Below, in pieces: positions 31,629-42,415 of a stretch of 64,000 bases of DNA (within the stretch, counting starts at the first letter, position 1; the number at the start of each line of letters is the position of its first letter). Under the pieces are notes generated by a model, which saw nothing but the letters and a program-made list of their open reading frames with translations, had not been told where the DNA came from and searched no databases. Source of the DNA: Thermodesulfobacteriota bacterium (GTDB lineage Bacteria > Desulfobacterota > Desulfarculia > JACQYL01); contig CAXXLZ010000002.1 of NCBI GenBank assembly GCA_963675595.2, positions 3,072,001 through 3,136,000 of the forward strand. Reading direction: 5' to 3'. Position numbers and translations under genes: made by a program.

Positions 31629-34600
31629 TCAGGATGTCAACGAGTTGAGTTTGGTCGAAGTTACATCCATGATGGTTCCGATGACTTTGAGCACTCGTTC
31701 GTCCTCCAACACGGCTTCGGCTCGTGTGCGAACACGTTTGGTCCGGCCCGAGAAATCCACGAAATCGCATTCAAGGTCATAAGGCTCGCCGACTTCGCAG
31801 CAGGCCTCAAACGCCTTTTGGACCCGTTCACGATCCCCGGGAACGTAACAATCCAGGCTGTGATCGATATGCTTCTTGGAACCCGGTTGAATCGCCAGGG
31901 GGTCCAGCCCGTGAATGCGATAGACTTCGTCGGACCAGTACATGGTGCTCGTTCCAATGGTCCATTCCCAGCCTCCGATGCGGGCCAGTCGCTGCGCGGT
32001 ATTGAGAAGTTCGGTGATTCGGCGAAGGCTGGTTTCCGTTTGCTTACGTTGAGTGACGTCGATCGCCAATTCGAAACGGACAAGCCGGCCATCGGGCCAT
32101 TGAATAGCGCGATCCGTGATATCGTAATCAGCACGGGTGACCGGATTGTGAAACTCCCACCGGTGAGGCCGTGGGGAATCCTTTCGAATAATCTCGTTTG
32201 TACAGAACTCACAGGGCGAAAGTCTTTTCTGCAACGCCTTGAAACAAACTGCGCCGACGATATCCTTACCGAAAGCATTCTTGGCCGCCTTATTGGCGAA
32301 AAGTACCTCATAATTGTTCATGTCGGAGACGTAAATGATTTCGTCGATGCTGTCGAAAATCGACAGGAGTTGAGCACGCTCCAATCTCAGGCTTTCTTCG
32401 AATCGCTTGAGAGGTCCGACATCCGTAAAGGCGATGACCACGCCGGAAGATTCGCTCTCGCCGATTCGATAAGGCAGTACCCGCATCAGAAGCCAGTGGC
32501 CCGAATCCGTCCGGCATTCCGTTTCAAGGGCCTTACCCGTATCGATGACCTGGCGCGCGGCGGCCACCGGGTCGATGTCGATCAATGTGTGAGACAGATG
32601 AGACAAGGGGCGATTGAGATCACTTTCCTTGATGCGGTAGACGTTGCGCAACTCCGGAGTGAACCGGCGTATATCGAGGTTTTCGTCCAAGAATAAGGTC
32701 GCGATGCGTGTAGTGGACATCAAGTTGTCCAAATCATTGGTGGTTTCCGTAAGTTCAATGATTTTGGATTGATACTCCGCGTTGACCGTGTGCAATTCTT
32801 CATTGACGGACTGTAATTCTTCGTTGGTGCTTTGAAGCTCTTCATTGCCGGCGAGCAGTTCTTCGTTGGTGGCCTGCAGCTCCTCATTGGAGGTTTCCAG
32901 TTCCTCGATCGTGGCCTGCAAATTCTCTTTGGTGAATTGCAGATCTTGCTCCAGGTCGTAGATGCGCTGCTCGGCTTCCTTGCTGAGATCGAATTCGTTC
33001 ACCGACGCGGACGGGGTCACCTTTTGGTGGGGCGTCCCATCCTGAAGAAGGATCATCGCATTGCGTTCTTGTCCCTTTCTGTGAGGAAGCAGGCGAATAC
33101 GTATTTCCACAATTCGGCCGCCCTCGGAGCTTTCCAGGCGGACGTTCTTGTATCGAACCTCGCCGCCTCCGTGGAAGGCCTTTTGAAGCCCCGTGGACAG
33201 AGGAATGGCCAATTCCTTGGACACAACGCGCGTGATCTCGTTCTGCACGCGACCCGGCGGGAAACGGAGCAAACCGTCGGTGTTTCCCACAACATGCAAC
33301 AATTCCAGCCGCTCGTTCACCACCGCCGCAAATATGTTGAAATCGTCGGCCAGCATCTGCAGCAAATTCTCTTGGAGACGTTCCTCCTCACGTTCGCCGA
33401 GAATGCGAGCTCCGGGCTGTAATCGAGAATACGCGGCAGGAGCCACCGACGTTCTGAACGCCGGAAGCCGGACCGCGTCGGTCAAAGGGCGCTTACGCCC
33501 CCTTGCTCTGTATATCTTGAACTTGTGATGCAGGGGCTCGAACAATTCGCCCTGATCGCCGGGGGTTTCGCTTGTTCCCAACAAGAGCAGGCCGCCTGGG
33601 TGCAGGGAAAAGTTTAGGTAATCGATGATTTTTTTCTGAAGTACGGGCTGAAGGTAGATGAGGAGATTGCGGCAGCTTATCAGGTCGATGCTGGTGAACG
33701 GGGGATCTTTGATGAGATTGTGCTGGGCGAACACCACGATTTCTCTTATGGAACGATGAATTTGATAGCCGTCGTCCCGGTGAACGAAATATTTGGTCAA
33801 CAGGCCGCCGGGGAGGTCTGCCGTTATGCTCTCAGGATAGATCCCGTTTCCCGCGTACATTACGGCGTTTCGATCCAAATCCGTGGCGAATATTTTGATA
33901 TTCGGAGGATTCTCCATTCGGCTCTGACATTCTCGGGCCAGGATGGCAAATGTGTATGCCTCTTCTCCCGTTGAACAACCGGGCACCCAAAAACGGGCTT
34001 CGGCGTGGTTCAGCTTATTCAGAAGAGCAGGCAGATAAGTCTTTCCCAGAACCTCGAAAACCTCGCGATCTCTGAAAAAGCTGGTGACGCCGATTAGGAG
34101 CTCTCGATAGAGGGTTGTCAATTCCTCCGGCCGTGCTTCCAACATGCGTACGTATTCGCGAAGGTCCTTGGCCTGGTTCACCGTGATCCTTCGTTCGATG
34201 CGGCGTAATACGGTGCTCGATTTATAAAAGGTGAAATCGACCTTTGTCTGTTCCCTCAAGAGGGCGAATATCCTTGTCAAGCCGTCTTCGTCGGAAAGAA
34301 GCGCCTTGGGCCGATCGGCCGGTGCGCCGGTTCTGCGGACTGCAAAAGATACCAGTCGGCCGGGCATTTCTTCGGGAGGCAACACGATATCGGCAAGCCC
34401 TGTAGATATGGCGGCCCTCGGCATGCCGTCGAACTTGGCGGAGGCCTCGCTTTGCACCATCACCATGCCGCCTGCTTCCTTTACGGCGCGCACTCCGCGC
34501 ACGCCGTCGCTTCCGGTGCCCGATAGAATGACCGCGATGGCCTTGTCCCCCTGGTCCTCGGCCAAGGACATGAGAAATACGTCGATGGGCAGGTTGATTC

Positions 34601-34973
34601 CTTGATTGGGATCGAAATCCCTCAAGAGCAGCTTGCCGTGGAAGACGCTGAGTTGCTTGCGGGGGGGGATGAGATAAACGCTGTTAGGCTCGACGCGGAG
34701 GCCTTCCTCGGCCCGCAGTACGGGCATGGTCGTACGTTTGGAAAGCAGCTCCACCATCAGACTTTTGTAATCCGGAGATAGATGTTGGATGACTACGAAA
34801 GCCATTCCGGAGTCCGGAGGCATATGCGAGAAGAAAACGTCCAACGCTTCGAGACCTCCGGCTGATGCGCCGATGCCCACATAATAGAGGGGCTCGGGAA
34901 GCGATGCCGTGGTTTCAGTCTGCGGGCCTTCCGATTCAAGGCCTTCCGATTCAAGGACTTCCGTTTCGCGCAT
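31629..34973 (-). CDS. CheB methylesterase - CheR methyltransferase - coiled coil - PAS fusion with no kinase/cyclase output
   Basis: GASAGG, IQHL, LSGTGSDG (CheB triad); GCSTGEEAY, FATDLD, CRNLLIY (CheR); NEEL heptad repeats; PAS domains up to the stop. Confidence 0.92.
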   Translation of the reverse strand: MRETEVLESEGLESEGPQTETTASLPEPLYYVGIGASAGGLEALDVFFSHMPPDSGMAFVVIQHLSPDYKSLMVELLSKRTTMPVLRAEEGLRVEPNSVYLIPPRKQLSVFHGKLLLRDFDPNQGINLPIDVFLMSLAEDQGDKAIAVILSGTGSDGVRGVRAVKEAGGMVMVQSEASAKFDGMPRAAISTGLADIVLPPEEMPGRLVSFAVRRTGAPADRPKALLSDEDGLTRIFALLREQTKVDFTFYKSSTVLRRIERRITVNQAKDLREYVRMLEARPEELTTLYRELLIGVTSFFRDREVFEVLGKTYLPALLNKLNHAEARFWVPGCSTGEEAYTFAILARECQSRMENPPNIKIFATDLDRNAVMYAGNGIYPESITADLPGGLLTKYFVHRDDGYQIHRSIREIVVFAQHNLIKDPPFTSIDLISCRNLLIYLQPVLQKKIIDYLNFSLHPGGLLLLGTSETPGDQGELFEPLHHKFKIYRARGRKRPLTDAVRLPAFRTSVAPAAYSRLQPGARILGEREEERLQENLLQMLADDFNIFAAVVNERLELLHVVGNTDGLLRFPPGRVQNEITRVVSKELAIPLSTGLQKAFHGGGEVRYKNVRLESSEGGRIVEIRIRLLPHRKGQERNAMILLQDGTPHQKVTPSASVNEFDLSKEAEQRIYDLEQDLQFTKENLQATIEELETSNEELQATNEELLAGNEELQSTNEELQSVNEELHTVNAEYQSKIIELTETTNDLDNLMSTTRIATLFLDENLDIRRFTPELRNVYRIKESDLNRPLSHLSHTLIDIDPVAAARQVIDTGKALETECRTDSGHWLLMRVLPYRIGESESSGVVIAFTDVGPLKRFEESLRLERAQLLSIFDSIDEIIYVSDMNNYEVLFANKAAKNAFGKDIVGAVCFKALQKRLSPCEFCTNEIIRKDSPRPHRWEFHNPVTRADYDITDRAIQWPDGRLVRFELAIDVTQRKQTETSLRRITELLNTAQRLARIGGWEWTIGTSTMYWSDEVYRIHGLDPLAIQPGSKKHIDHSLDCYVPGDRERVQKAFEACCEVGEPYDLECDFVDFSGRTKRVRTRAEAVLEDERVLKVIGTIMDVTSTKLNSLTS

Positions 34974-35190
34974 GGGTCGGCGCCTTTCGCGTAGAGGCGG
35001 AAAAAGGGCGGTAAACCGGCTCCCGGAAGGGACCGGTTGAGGATATCAAAGGACGATCTTGACCTATCCATTATTTATCACGGGCTTATGGTCAGGGTCT
35101 ACCTGTCTCGATGGACGAAGCGGTATCTGCAATCCGGCCCCTCCGATCGGCCGACCGGGACAACGAATCCACGGTGGGCTCCAGAGAGTC

Positions 35191-35224
35191 TTTCACCCTC
35201 CCGGAGATTTCACCCTCCCGGAGA
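35191..35224. repeat. 17-bp perfect tandem duplication (TTTCACCCTCCCGGAGA x2)
   Basis: Seen directly in the intergenic region upstream of the CheB-CheR gene. Confidence 0.85.
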
Positions 35225-36287
35225 GTCCTGCGGACGTTCGCTCATCGCATGGCCCTCCTTCAATATCCCTCCAGTCTTGGTTCCAATTCTTTGGAGGTCG
35301 TCTGTTGGGTATTCCGTTTTGCCTTTTTGGTCCCATCCGATGGGCACTTGGGAAAAAGCAGGGTGGACGACTTCCGGATCACTCCACAGGAGCCCACACT
35401 CAATTCCATTCCTGAGAGTCCCATCCCCGCATTCTCGATGTCTCATGGACGGCGCACCTGGGGTCCGAAAGCGTGGCGAAGGAACCACCACGGTCGCGCC
35501 GTGCGAAAAAGGGACACAAGGCGATGTGGAAGCAACGCGGAAGGTCGTTCCCGCGAGGATTCTCGGGCCTCCGCCTCTTCCATGGCTTTGGGGAAGAGGT
35601 ACGGGTAAGGACCCTGAAGGCTTCTGGTGCGAAGACCGACACCCCGGCCGGGCGTCCAACAGAAAAGACATGTCCAGATTTCCGGACAGCCCATTTTAAC
35701 GGTTCAGAGCACAAGTAAAATCAGCATGTTGGTCCTAGGTAGAGTCCCGACGTATGGAAAACCGTACACTTTTCGATCCATTGACCGCAAATGGATCGGC
35801 GTCGTCGCTGTCATAAACTTCGTCCATGACAGCGATTTGTATGGACATAGGTAGGTACATAATAAGTATTTCCAGAAGACGGGTTATTGCTCAATCTGGT
35901 CGTAGCAGACTGTGGGCAAGCGATTCTTGACTGCTACCCGGTCTCATCTCGTATCATTCAATAGAAGCTGTCTTCCAGGGCCATAAAACAACTCTTATCC
36001 ATATCCAATCGGGGAACCAGACCCGGCTTTTGCCCGTCGGCGAACCTCCAACAAGGTCATGTGAGAAAGTCCCGGACCTCGGTTAGCTGCTTCTCCACTT
36101 CTTGGTTCAATTATTGCATTACACTGGATAATGGGAAACCCGATTCCATAATCTTTCAAAGACGATTTATTGGGTAAGCACCCCTGGTGGACCGTTACTC
36201 AAAAAATGATCTTTATATTAAGGTAACTAATAAAAGACTTAGGCGGTAGTATTAATACTTAACAAGAGTCATGGGGAGAACAACGCG

Positions 36288-38282
36288 ATGAAGAACATGA
36301 AACTGGCAATGAAGATCGTAGTAGGTTTCGGGTTTCTGATTTTGATCGCCTGTGTTTTGGGCGGCTTGGCCGTTTACAACATGAAGCGTGTAGAGAGTGA
36401 TTCGGTTCGACTGGCCAAAGAGTACGTTCCGGAAGTGGCCATCGCCAATGAGGTGGAGCGGGCTTCTCTGTTGACCATGTTCGAAATGCGCGGTTACGGG
36501 CTGACGGGTGAACAGAAATACCTGGATCGAGGTCGGGAGCACCTAGCAAACGTCAATACCCACATCAAGGCCGCCATGGATCACGCCGCAAAATATCAAG
36601 GACTGGTTAAGCTGAAGGAGAACGCCGGCAATGCCGAGGCGGAGGTTCGCGCCTATACCGAGCTACTCGAACAGACGGTAAATACCTATTTGGTATTGGA
36701 CGAAGCCCGGCATGCCATGGATCGTTCCGCCGGCGCCTACATGGAAAACTGCTCCAGCTTCCTCGAAGCGCAGAACAAATCGCTTGAAGAGGAATTGGCG
36801 TCCGGGGCCGACGAAGGAAAAATCAAGGAACGTGTGGCCAAGATCAATTTGATGAACGACATAATCGACCTGGGCAATGCGGTGCGGGTGGACAACTGGA
36901 AAGCCCAGGCAACCCGCGACCCGAAGGTCATGCAGGGCGCCTTGGCCAATTTTCCTCTCATGGAACGCAAGATGGGGGAAATCAAGGCCATCACACGCCG
37001 AGATGCGAATCTGCAGCAGATATCACAAATCGAGACGGCGGCGGGGGAATACAAAAGAGCCATGAGTCAGTTTTTGGAAAACTGGCTTTCCTTGCAGGAC
37101 CTCAACGACAAACGCGGAAGGACGGCCGAGGAAGTGCTGGCCGCGGCCCAGACCACGGCCAAGGCCGGAATGGAACACACCGGCATTATAGCCGAGGAGG
37201 CGGCAAACGGCCTTTCCCGATCATCCGCCACCATGGTCGTGGGACTGCTGATTGCCGTAATCATTGGTGTCCTTGCCGCGATCTTCATTACGCGCAGCAT
37301 CACCAAGCCCATCAACAGAATCATTGAAGGACTCACCGAGGCCTCGGATCAGGTGGCCTCCGCTTCGGGACAGGTGTCTTCCGCCAGTCAATCCCTGGCC
37401 GAAGGCGCGTCCGAGCAGGCGGCATCCATCGAGGAAACCTCGTCTTCCTTGGAAGAGATGTCTTCCATGACCAAGCGAAACGCGGACAACGCGGATCAGG
37501 CGAAAAGCAGGATGGCGGAAGCCGGTGCCATCGTGGGCAAGGTCGGCAAACACATGGATGATATGGCCAAAGCCATTCAGGAGATCACCAAATCCAGTGA
37601 AGAAACGGGCAAGATCATTAAGACCATCGACGAAATTGCATTTCAGACCAACTTGCTGGCCTTGAATGCGGCGGTGGAGGCTGCGAGAGCGGGTGAGGCG
37701 GGGGCCGGTTTCGCCGTGGTGGCGGACGAAGTCCGGAATCTCGCCATGCGTGCGGCGGACGCCGCCAAGAATACCTCGGATCTTATCGAAAACACCATCA
37801 AATCGGTGAAGATGGGCGCCGAGATCACCACCGCGACACAGGAAGCGTTCAAAGAGAATATGCAGATCGCCCAGAAGGTGGGTGAAGTGGTGGACGAAAT
37901 TGCCGCGGCCTCCAGAGAGCAGGCCCAAGGGATCGAGCAGGTGAACATGGCGGTCACGGACATGGACAAGGTGACTCAGCAAAACGCCGCCAATGCGGAA
38001 GAATCCGCGAGCGCAGCCGAAGAGATGAACGCCCAGGCCGAACAAATGAATGCTTTCGTCGCCGATCTCGTGCGTCTGGTGGGGGGCGCCGGCACAAACG
38101 GACGGCATCAGGGTTCCGCCATCAAGAAATTGACCCAAAGGAAATCGACGACGAACAGAGCCCTCACCGTTCGTTCCGCTCGGACGGGAGAGCCTAAGGC
38201 GCCGGCTTACCGGAAAGCCGGGGAAGTAAGGCCGGAAGACGTGATCCCTCTGGATGACGAAAAGAGCTTTGATTCTTTCTAG
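36288..38282 (+). CDS. Methyl-accepting chemotaxis protein
   Basis: Two TM helices, large helical periplasmic domain, [38 protein letters not shown]-terminal pentapeptide SFDSF. Confidence 0.96.
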   Translation: MKNMKLAMKIVVGFGFLILIACVLGGLAVYNMKRVESDSVRLAKEYVPEVAIANEVERASLLTMFEMRGYGLTGEQKYLDRGREHLANVNTHIKAAMDHAAKYQGLVKLKENAGNAEAEVRAYTELLEQTVNTYLVLDEARHAMDRSAGAYMENCSSFLEAQNKSLEEELASGADEGKIKERVAKINLMNDIIDLGNAVRVDNWKAQATRDPKVMQGALANFPLMERKMGEIKAITRRDANLQQISQIETAAGEYKRAMSQFLENWLSLQDLNDKRGRTAEEVLAAAQTTAKAGMEHTGIIAEEAANGLSRSSATMVVGLLIAVIIGVLAAIFITRSITKPINRIIEGLTEASDQVASASGQVSSASQSLAEGASEQAASIEETSSSLEEMSSMTKRNADNADQAKSRMAEAGAIVGKVGKHMDDMAKAIQEITKSSEETGKIIKTIDEIAFQTNLLALNAAVEAARAGEAGAGFAVVADEVRNLAMRAADAAKNTSDLIENTIKSVKMGAEITTATQEAFKENMQIAQKVGEVVDEIAAASREQAQGIEQVNMAVTDMDKVTQQNAANAEESASAAEEMNAQAEQMNAFVADLVRLVGGAGTNGRHQGSAIKKLTQRKSTTNRALTVRSARTGEPKAPAYRKAGEVRPEDVIPLDDEKSFDSF

Positions 38283-38653
38283 CGGGACGGAATTCCACGG
38301 GCGGTTTTGCCGTGAATGAAACGCACATGGGGCGTTCGGGATAAGACCCGATAAGGCGGTTATGCAGGGCGCCCCATTCCCATCGGGGGTCCCGAAAAAC
38401 CGAATCGTTGTTCGTCACGGGATGCCGGAAACGCTATGGACCAGATGGGTTGCTTGTCGGCGGAACAGGAAATTAAGGGACCGGCGGCCTATCCCGGCGA
38501 CAATCCAATCCGAGGGCGCCGGTTGATTCCAGGCGGATCCATTAGCAGCAAGAATCCGGTCAAGGGCTCGGCAAAACCGCAGGCACCGGCACCGGCGCAC
38601 GGCGCCGTCAAACGGAAGAATCGCCGAGTCCAACGAACCAAAGAAGGACTTTC

Positions 38654-39115
38654 ATGAGTGATCCGCTTATGGAAAGCCGGGACGCGAAACACGAGTACCC
38701 ACAGGGAATACAGGCTCCGATTTCAGGCGGCAATCAGACCGTCCTCGTCGTGGAAGACGAAGCCCCGCTGCTTATTGTGACCCGGAAGATACTTGAAAGG
38801 CTGGGTTATCGGGTCCTGCCGTGCGGGAGCCCCACTGAGGCCATAAGAGTGGCAGTAGGGCACGCCGGGGAAATCGATCTGCTGATGACCGATGTGGTCA
38901 TGCCGGAAATGAACGGCCGGGAACTGGCCGATCGGATCCTCTCCATTCGGCCCGGGATCAGGACGTTGTTCGTCTCGGGCTACACCGCCGATGTCCTAAA
39001 TGAACAGGGCGTATCGCATGAAGGGTTTAATTTTATGGAGAAACCCTTTTCTCTCAAAAGATTGGCGGCAACGCTGCGGGAAATCCTGCCACATTCCCAA
39101 GACGTCGGTGTTTAG
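38654..39115 (+). CDS. Stand-alone receiver domain of hybrid-kinase type
   Basis: GGNQTVLVVEDE, LLMTDVVMPEMNGRELA, FVSGYTAD, FMEKPF. Confidence 0.88.
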   Translation: MSDPLMESRDAKHEYPQGIQAPISGGNQTVLVVEDEAPLLIVTRKILERLGYRVLPCGSPTEAIRVAVGHAGEIDLLMTDVVMPEMNGRELADRILSIRPGIRTLFVSGYTADVLNEQGVSHEGFNFMEKPFSLKRLAATLREILPHSQDVGV

Positions 39116-39188
39116 AAGAATATACGAAAATCATCGTTCAACCTCGCTTCTCGCTTCCGAAATCCGCAGCCAAATCAGGGAGACGGAC

Positions 39189-40349
39189 TTGAGCAGGAAT
39201 AAAACCAAGGTCCTCGTGGTGGACGATCACCTCAAAATGCGTCTGACCATCAGTCATATGCTGAAAACGGCCGGTTATGACGATGTGGTGGGCGCGGGCG
39301 ACGGAGACGAGGCTCTCAGAAAAATCGAGGCGGGGGGTGTCGATTTTGTCATCTGTGACTGGAACATGCCCGGAATGAAAGGGGTTGAGCTGCTTCAGGC
39401 CTTGAGGGAGAGAGACGAATTCAAGGCATTGCCTTTCCTCATGGTGACCGCCGAAGTGAACGGGCCCACCGTAATGCAGGCTCTGGAAACCGAAGTGGAC
39501 GGCTACATCGTCAAGCCTTTCAGAGGTTCCACCCTTCTCGACAAGATGGCTTCCATCCTGAAAAGACGAAGCAATCCGTCGCCCATCGACCTGCTATTGA
39601 AATCCGCAAAGAGAAAACTCTCGCGCGGTGATGTGGAAGGCGCTGCGGAAGACTACCGTCGTGCGTTTAAGGAAGACCAAAACAGCCCCCGTGTTCATTT
39701 CGGCCTTTCGGAAGTGTTCTCGGCTCAGGGACAAAAAGAGGAGGCGTTGAAAGAGCTCAAACGATCCTTGGAATTGGCTCCCGAATATGTAAAGGCCTGC
39801 GACGCCATAGCGGCTCTTCTCATCGAAAGGGGAGAAAAGATTGATGCGGCCAAAATGCTCGAGCAAGCAGTGAGGAAAAGTCCTCTGAACGTCAAGCGAC
39901 AGGCTGCCTATGGCTCGACGCTGATTGAAATCGGAGAAACGGAAAAGGCGCGGGAGGTTTTCCAAGAGGCCCGTAAATACTTTCCCGACAATGCCGAGTT
40001 TGAAAGCCTTGTCGGCGAGGCCTACTTGAGAGCGGGGCTGCACCGGGAAGCTGAAATCGCCTTGGAAGCCGCTTCGGCGTTAAATCCGGATTTGTCGAAT
40101 GTCTACAATCAGCTGGGAATTGCGTATAGAAAACAGGGGAAGTATGAAGCTGCGATAGCGAATTACCGAAAAGCCCTCATATCCGCACCAAATGATGCAA
40201 ATCTCTATTACAATATGGCCATAGCCCAACTGGAAGCCAAGGAAGCGGACGCTTCCATAAAGAGCTTGAAAAAGGCGTTGGAGATCGATCCGGACTTCAG
40301 AGAAGCCGATGATCTATTGCATAAAGTAGAATCATTGATGAGGCGGTGA
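39189..40349 (+). CDS. CheY-like receiver + TPR repeat protein
   Basis: TTG start after GGGAG; VLVVDD, ICDWNMPGM, MVTAE, YIVKPF; TPRs (YNQLGIAYRKQGKYEAAIANYRKAL). Confidence 0.9.
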   Translation: MSRNKTKVLVVDDHLKMRLTISHMLKTAGYDDVVGAGDGDEALRKIEAGGVDFVICDWNMPGMKGVELLQALRERDEFKALPFLMVTAEVNGPTVMQALETEVDGYIVKPFRGSTLLDKMASILKRRSNPSPIDLLLKSAKRKLSRGDVEGAAEDYRRAFKEDQNSPRVHFGLSEVFSAQGQKEEALKELKRSLELAPEYVKACDAIAALLIERGEKIDAAKMLEQAVRKSPLNVKRQAAYGSTLIEIGETEKAREVFQEARKYFPDNAEFESLVGEAYLRAGLHREAEIALEAASALNPDLSNVYNQLGIAYRKQGKYEAAIANYRKALISAPNDANLYYNMAIAQLEAKEADASIKSLKKALEIDPDFREADDLLHKVESLMRR

Positions 40350-40439
40350 TACCGAACAGGAATAAACGGCATACATGAATAATAGAAACGACAAAAACTC
40401 CATAAAAGTTTTTCTTACCATATTATTATGAGATAATTC

Positions 40440-41261
40440 ATGAAGCAGAAAAACTTCGTATCAAACTTTACCAAGATACATGACTATAATAACTCTACCA
40501 CATGTGTATCAAGCAAAAAACCTGGGATATATCGATTCACCATACCCTCTTTCATTGGCACGGGAGATACCAAAAAGAAAAGCCTCCATGTTATAGATTA
40601 CTATATAAAGAACTTTGATCCGGACGAAAATGGAGAAATCAATGGGCAAGTCATTGATTATGCCGGCCGGCTTTTGAATTTAAGAGATCGTTTAGAAGTG
40701 AGTCGATTGAGCAAGAGCAAGCTGATTTGCGAGACGCCGGCCGAATATGCCGGCCTGGTGTCGAAGCTCAACATACTCAGCGTACATATAAAAGCGGGTA
40801 ATACTCATTTTGAAAAGGAAGAGTATTACAGCGCGGAATACGAATATGACGGCGCATTGAAAATCGAACCAACGAACGTGGAAGCGAATCTTGGAAAAGG
40901 AAAAACCCTTTCCAAACTGAATCGATACGAAGAGGCTCGAGTCATATTCGATGAACTATCGAACAATCCGGAACTATACATAGAAGAACACAAACATTTG
41001 TTCAACGATTTCGGAATCAACCTCAGAAAAATGCAAATGTATGCGAAGGCTATTGAATCCTACCAAAGGGCTATTCGAGTTAATGCCTTCGACCCCCATC
41101 TTTATTACAATCTCGCGGTGGTTTATACGGAACTGAAAGAGATTGAAAATGCCGTCAGGCTGCTCAACTCGGCCATACAACTCAAGAGGAAGCTGGTCAA
41201 GGCGAGCTTTCAGGAAGCCGAATGCCTGCTAAGGTCGTTGAAGGAGAAATTACAACTTTGA
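40440..41261 (+). CDS. TPR repeat protein
   Basis: HKHLFNDFGINLRKMQMYAKAIESYQRAI...DPHLYYNLA; N-terminal IGTGDT motif; AT-rich gene. Confidence 0.8.
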   Translation: MKQKNFVSNFTKIHDYNNSTTCVSSKKPGIYRFTIPSFIGTGDTKKKSLHVIDYYIKNFDPDENGEINGQVIDYAGRLLNLRDRLEVSRLSKSKLICETPAEYAGLVSKLNILSVHIKAGNTHFEKEEYYSAEYEYDGALKIEPTNVEANLGKGKTLSKLNRYEEARVIFDELSNNPELYIEEHKHLFNDFGINLRKMQMYAKAIESYQRAIRVNAFDPHLYYNLAVVYTELKEIENAVRLLNSAIQLKRKLVKASFQEAECLLRSLKEKLQL

Positions 41262-41283
41262 GCCACAGCACAAGGGTGATGCA

Positions 41284-42219
41284 ATGAGTAATGGTGATAT
41301 CCTTTTGGATTCCGGCACGAACGAAATGGAAATGCTGACCGTAGTTGTGGGAGATCAGCAATTTGGAGTCAATGTAGCCAAGGTTGTATCCATTGAACAG
41401 TATGATACTGATTTGGTTACCGGCTTGCCCGTCAATCAGCCGGGACTCGAAGGAATGTTTTTCCATAGAGGCAAAACCATTCCATTACTGAATTTATCAG
41501 ATATTTTAGATATCGAGATCAGGAGTCAAGTTGATCGGGAGATCGTTATCGTAACGGAATTCAATAATTCAAAAAACAGCTTTAGAGTTCAAGGAGTCAC
41601 AAGGATTTATAGATTGTCATGGAATGACTTTGTCCCGTTGGACGGTGTTGTTGGAAATAGTCCTTGTTTTACCGGATCAATTAATATCGAGGGATCACAA
41701 ATATTGGTGCTTGATCTTGAACATATATTGGGACGTATTTTTCCAGATCAAATTATTCAATCTATCGATCAAACAAACATATCAAATAATGAAAAGTATG
41801 ACAGAAAAAATATAGATATTCTATTCGCCGAAGACTCAAAAACAATGCGAAAGGCTGTGGTATCCGCTTTAAATAAATCAGGATTCACAAATATCATTGA
41901 ATTCAGCAATGGAAAGTCGGCACTTGAATATATAGAGAGGGATTATTCCGGTCAAAATACACAAGCGAACAGAACCCCTGTTTTAATATCCGACATTGAA
42001 ATGCCTAAAATGGACGGGTTGACTCTATGTCGTGAGATAAAACGAAATCCAAAGCTAAATAATACCTATGTCATCATGTTTTCAAGCCTGATTAACGAAC
42101 AGATGGTATCTAAATGTAAGAGTGTAAAAGCTGATAACTATGTGAATAAGCCTGATACGAACCGGCTCATTTCCATTTTAGACAAGCAGTGCGGCAAACA
42201 AGGTTTTTTAACCTCTTGA
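41284..42219 (+). CDS. cheV: Chemotaxis coupling protein CheV (CheW + REC)
   Basis: ILLDSGTNEMEML, FGVNVAKV, IVTEFN, then AEDS, ISDIEMPKMDG, FSSL, NKP. Confidence 0.9.
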   Translation: MSNGDILLDSGTNEMEMLTVVVGDQQFGVNVAKVVSIEQYDTDLVTGLPVNQPGLEGMFFHRGKTIPLLNLSDILDIEIRSQVDREIVIVTEFNNSKNSFRVQGVTRIYRLSWNDFVPLDGVVGNSPCFTGSINIEGSQILVLDLEHILGRIFPDQIIQSIDQTNISNNEKYDRKNIDILFAEDSKTMRKAVVSALNKSGFTNIIEFSNGKSALEYIERDYSGQNTQANRTPVLISDIEMPKMDGLTLCREIKRNPKLNNTYVIMFSSLINEQMVSKCKSVKADNYVNKPDTNRLISILDKQCGKQGFLTS

Positions 42220-42222
42220 TTG

Positions 42223-42260
42223 GCTCCTCAGAGCCATCCACCCATCGGCTGGAGCTTTTT
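42223..42260 (+). terminator. Possible bulged rho-independent terminator after cheV
   Basis: GCTCC..AGCC-loop-GGCT-GGAGC followed by TTTTT. Confidence 0.4.
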
Positions 42261-42415
42261 GCTGTTTGATTTCGCATTTCATTTTCACCGGGTGCACTGG
42301 AATTGAAAGCCTGCCGAAGTCAACGGAGCTTTCCGGGAATTATAGGGCCATCTGTCTGAAAAAGCGACAGATGGCTCACGCGAAGTGAAGCTTACTGCTA
42401 TTTTGTCATAGAGAG

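Noticed and set aside
35208-35245. Selenocysteine read-through of the TGA in MSERPQDSPGG*
   Set aside because: No selenoprotein-like context or recognisable downstream domain; the TGA lies within the tandem duplication.
35700-36287. c-di-GMP or cobalamin riboswitch, or sigma-28 promoter, upstream of the MCP
   Set aside because: Could not find the GGCAAAC/GAAA/GACGCAAAG core, a B12 box, or TAAA-N15-GCCGATAA by eye; an Rfam scan would be needed.
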